In this document: one piece after another, positions 60,960-64,000 of the stretch
How positions within the stretch are numbered: position 1 is the first letter of the stretch
How the letters are laid out: the number at the start of each line of letters is the position of its first letter
Assembly: GCA_964036045.1 (NCBI GenBank)
Contig: OZ038378.1
Coordinates: 144,770,001-144,834,000 of the forward strand
DNA from: Eutreptiella sp. 'Long Island Sound 2002'
Taxonomy: Eukaryota > Protista > Euglenida
Direction: 5' to 3'
Length of the DNA: 64,000 nt
Notes under the pieces: generated by a model
What the model saw: the letters and a program-made list of their open reading frames with translations, nothing else
The model's database searches: none
What the model was told of the DNA's origin: nothing
Position numbers and translations under genes: made by a program

Positions 60960-61123
60960 TTTTCATGGTTCAGACTAAGATGAGCTGGCGTAGCCTGCTC
61001 CCTTTACAGTACTCGAGATAACCTCTCGGAATCAAGATTCAGAGCTGCCCAGTGCTATGATGATCCCAGAGTGGCCGTGGTAGTGGATCTGACGCGTAGT
61101 GAGGATTAGCTGAGTCTGAAACC
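60960..61123 (-). mobile_element. short retroposed element, copy 2
   Basis: T-run at 60956-60963. Perfect TSD GTTGTAGATTGAGCTTT(T) at 60942 and 61124. Confidence 0.88.
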
Positions 61124-62100
61124 GTTGTAGATTGAGCTTTTAGGGGTCTCCTCTGGGTCAACTGTTGAGAAAAGAGCAACCTGCATCAGCAGGCGCTGGG
61201 TCGGGGGTGTGGGAACAACAGGGCAATGCGAGGCAAGAGCAAGAAGGAAAACGAAAGCTGACCTTATCACCCACGGTCAGACTTGAAGTGTACAACCGGT
61301 TTTGCACTATGGCTCCCAGCTATCCGGGTGGGGTCTCCCGAAGAATGCACAGCCTCTCGAAGCCGACAGAGAAAAAAACATTACAATGATGAGTGGTCAG
61401 ATGGAGGCTGGGCTTTACAAGTGCCACGCATGCTCAGCAGGTGGAAAAGGCAGCCGGGGGCGGAGACACTGCGCAGCTGGAAACCCTCAGTGCCGAAAAA
61501 TCCATCAGGGCTGCCCAGCAGGTTCTGCGAAGGCTGTGGGATGCAACTGGGTGCGTGCAACGGGGCCGACATGGAGACCGGGACACTCCTTGAGCACATT
61601 GTTTGCAGCACCCCTGATGCCATCGACCCTAAACATACGGCTGACGGCCCACCGGCAGAGACGGCAAGGCCACCAAGAAGACAGGCACTGTGAACAATGC
61701 ACACGGCGCAGCAGGTTTCGCCACCCAAAATGCTCATCTACACCCCTGCCAAACCCCCAAAATGCGGTCCGAAGGGCTCTCCGTCAGCGCACAAGCCCAG
61801 GGGACTATGGCTCTCACAGGGGTAACCCTTTGGGCGCCCGTTGCGTGCCTCTGTGTTCCCCTTGCGGCCCCCCAAGCCCCCACCCCCCAAAAGTCCCTCC
61901 TCCTCCACCTCCCTCAAGGCACAGCTGAAGGCAAGTAGAACAAAAGCTACAAACGCTTCAGGAATCAAGTCGTTTCTGGAAACGCTGGAGGAGGACGGGT
62001 ACGTTTGGGTCTTGTCTGGAGGTGGCATTTGTCAGAAGATGGCATGTCGCTGGTTCTACAGTCTCATAATCTAACCAACTAAGCTCTTGCTGGTGTATGT

Positions 62101-62476
62101 TTTTTTGGGGGTCCAGACCAAGATGAGCTGGCGTAGCCTGCTCACTTCACAGTACTCGAGATAACCTCTCGGAATCAAGGTCCAGAGCTGTCCAGTGCTA
62201 CGATGATCCCACTAATGACTGTGGTAGCGGATCTGACACGTAGTCAGGATTAGCTGAGTCTGAAGCCAGGTAATGCAGTGGGAGACTGAAACGCCTGTAG
62301 GCTTCCCAGTGTGCATGAGGCACAATGACTGTAGGTTGAAGACGACAGCGGTGTGAAGATTGAAGGCTGAGATGAATCAGTGGGTTGCATGTCATACACT
62401 ATTAGCAGGGGATCAGCATGTGATGACATTCAGAGTCAGCTCGTCACTATTTGCCTGGGGCAGAGAGCACTGTCCC
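62101..62476 (-). mobile_element. short retroposed element, copy 3 (longest)
   Basis: T-run at 62100-62106. Probable TSD GC(T/C)GGTGTATGT at 62089-62100 and 62477-62488. It shares a core of about 155 nt with copies 1 and 2. Confidence 0.78.
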
Positions 62477-62984
62477 GCCGGTGTATGTATGTGTGCCTGC
62501 ATCGGAGGATGTAGGCACAGCGACCAGTAGCGCAGGGGAGCGGCTGCTCAGTCGTTTGTGGGTACGCAAACACAATCCATGTGTATGGATATGTTTCCAC
62601 TGACACATGTCAGTATGGCCTATTCCTCGCTCTGCAAGGGATGGACCCACAGCTGGTGTTTACACCGGGGCAAGGCGCACACAGAACTGTCGCCGAAATA
62701 TTTCATTGCAACATAAAAAATAGATGGCATGTCACTGGCTGCCCCTGTCCCGCGGTATATGCTGTGGACAAACCCTGGGGCCCAGTTCCGTGGCGCTGCA
62801 AGGGCTCTCTGCCTGCATGGTGCCCATTGCCATTCGAGTGGATTCAGAAGAAAAGGTGATGGCATGAGGGGCAGCAGCCTCTGTTGACCCACCACCGTGA
62901 AGACGCATGGCACTAAGAGAAGCGATCCGGGTGCTTGTCGTTGAACAAGGGCACACTGGATGACGTTAAATGGCAGGGCGCCAG

Positions 62985-63353
62985 TCAAGGAAGAGCGAAA
63001 GCGTCTGGCCTCCCTTGTGCAAGCACCAGGAAAGTCAGGAAAACAACGGTCACACTGGGTCCTGGTGCCTGGACAAGGGGGTGCTTCCGCGCGACAGCGG
63101 TATCAAAAGAACGTATGTCACCGAAAACCTGCCCATACCTCACCCTAAGTAAAATTGTCGTAACAGGGCTGCGGATTGGGAAGAGGACGGGCTCAAAAGG
63201 GGCATTATGCTCAATCTCATGCCCATTCCTCGTGTATTTGAGATTAATGAAATCATCCCCACGAATAGAACGACCGATAATCGTGGCAGGCGCGTGCTCA
63301 CCGGTGGACCAGATGTACATGACAGCCAAGCCGGGAGTGACGACATTAGTCAT
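62985..63353 (-). CDS. small ORF with possible SH3/Tudor-like beta-barrel, probably transposon-associated
   Basis: VTPGLAVMYIWSTGEHAPATIIG...DDFINLKYTRNGHEIEH shows a beta-strand pattern. The assignment is by pattern only. Confidence 0.3.
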   Translation of the reverse strand: MTNVVTPGLAVMYIWSTGEHAPATIIGRSIRGDDFINLKYTRNGHEIEHNAPFEPVLFPIRSPVTTILLRVRYGQVFGDIRSFDTAVARKHPLVQAPGPSVTVVFLTFLVLAQGRPDAFALP

Positions 63354-64000
63354 GGCTGAGAATCACATCAAAACAAACAGCAATGGTTTGCAGTACCAAG
63401 CAGAATGTTGTTATGAGCAGGAGGACTCATCCCAAACATGACACAGCCACTGTTTCCCTCTACAATCAACAAAGAATCACGTTCCGCTAAGTTTCTCACC
63501 ATAAAAATTGTGGTCAGAAAAACGACGGTCACACCGAGTCCCGGTGCTTAGACAAGGCGGTGCTTGCGCAAGGGGGGGGGGGGGGGTATCTCACCTGATG
63601 GTGAACCCCAGCCCCGTCCACAAGAAGTAGCGGGTTGTCTCGCCCGCTCCTCTTCCCCCACTACTGCGACAGGTGACGTGGTTCCTCAAGCCCACCCCCC
63701 ACCACTGGCGGAACTTCGGGGGGGTCATCATCGCAAGCACCACAGCATTGGGGAGGCTGCCCTGGCTGGCTGCCCGAGTGGATGCCCCACGGCGCATCAT
63801 TGGGCCATTCAGACCCCAGGGGTCAGCGGCCCCGCCAGGTGGTCCCGTCAAGCGTCGGGGGAGTCCAGAGCTTCGGATGTGAGGCCCTTTCATTCAGCAG
63901 TGCTACCAGGGCCTCGACAAAAAGCGTGTGCTGTGCAGGACCTCACACGTGACCTTGTATTGTTGCCCTGAAAGAGTCGTGTAAACATCCGCCAGGAGAC

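Overview
Repeat-rich eukaryotic nuclear DNA with one 200-N scaffold gap. The source is most likely a photosynthetic euglenid (Euglena/Eutreptiella-like): a 7-exon plastid ribosomal protein bL31 gene carries a euglenid-type signal/transit/stop-transfer presequence, introns are GT-AG, and TTAGGG repeats occur. Three protein genes are supported. (1) A multi-exon alpha-kinase (eEF2K/MHCK/ALPK family) on the minus strand at about 35.5-39.1 kb, invisible as a single ORF. (2) A two-exon full-length TRAF-type protein (RING, TRAF zinc fingers, coiled coil, MATH) at 45.5-47.2 kb, divergent from the kinase. (3) Plastid rpl31 at 50.7-52.3 kb. Further exon-like segments on the minus strand (19.9-32.5 kb) suggest a long low-complexity protein. 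The rest is satellites, microsatellites and mobile elements. These include a 3.9-kb hAT-like element with an 8-bp TSD carrying three telomere-repeat-flanked modules, a dead PIF/Harbinger-like transposase with a C-terminal Cys-rich finger, several MITEs, an inverted pair of microsatellite-embedded elements, copia and LINE RNase H remnants, three short retroposed 3' ends with poly(A) and TSDs, and a tRNA-Arg-derived insertion with flanking direct repeats. All splice models were derived by eye and lack transcript evidence.
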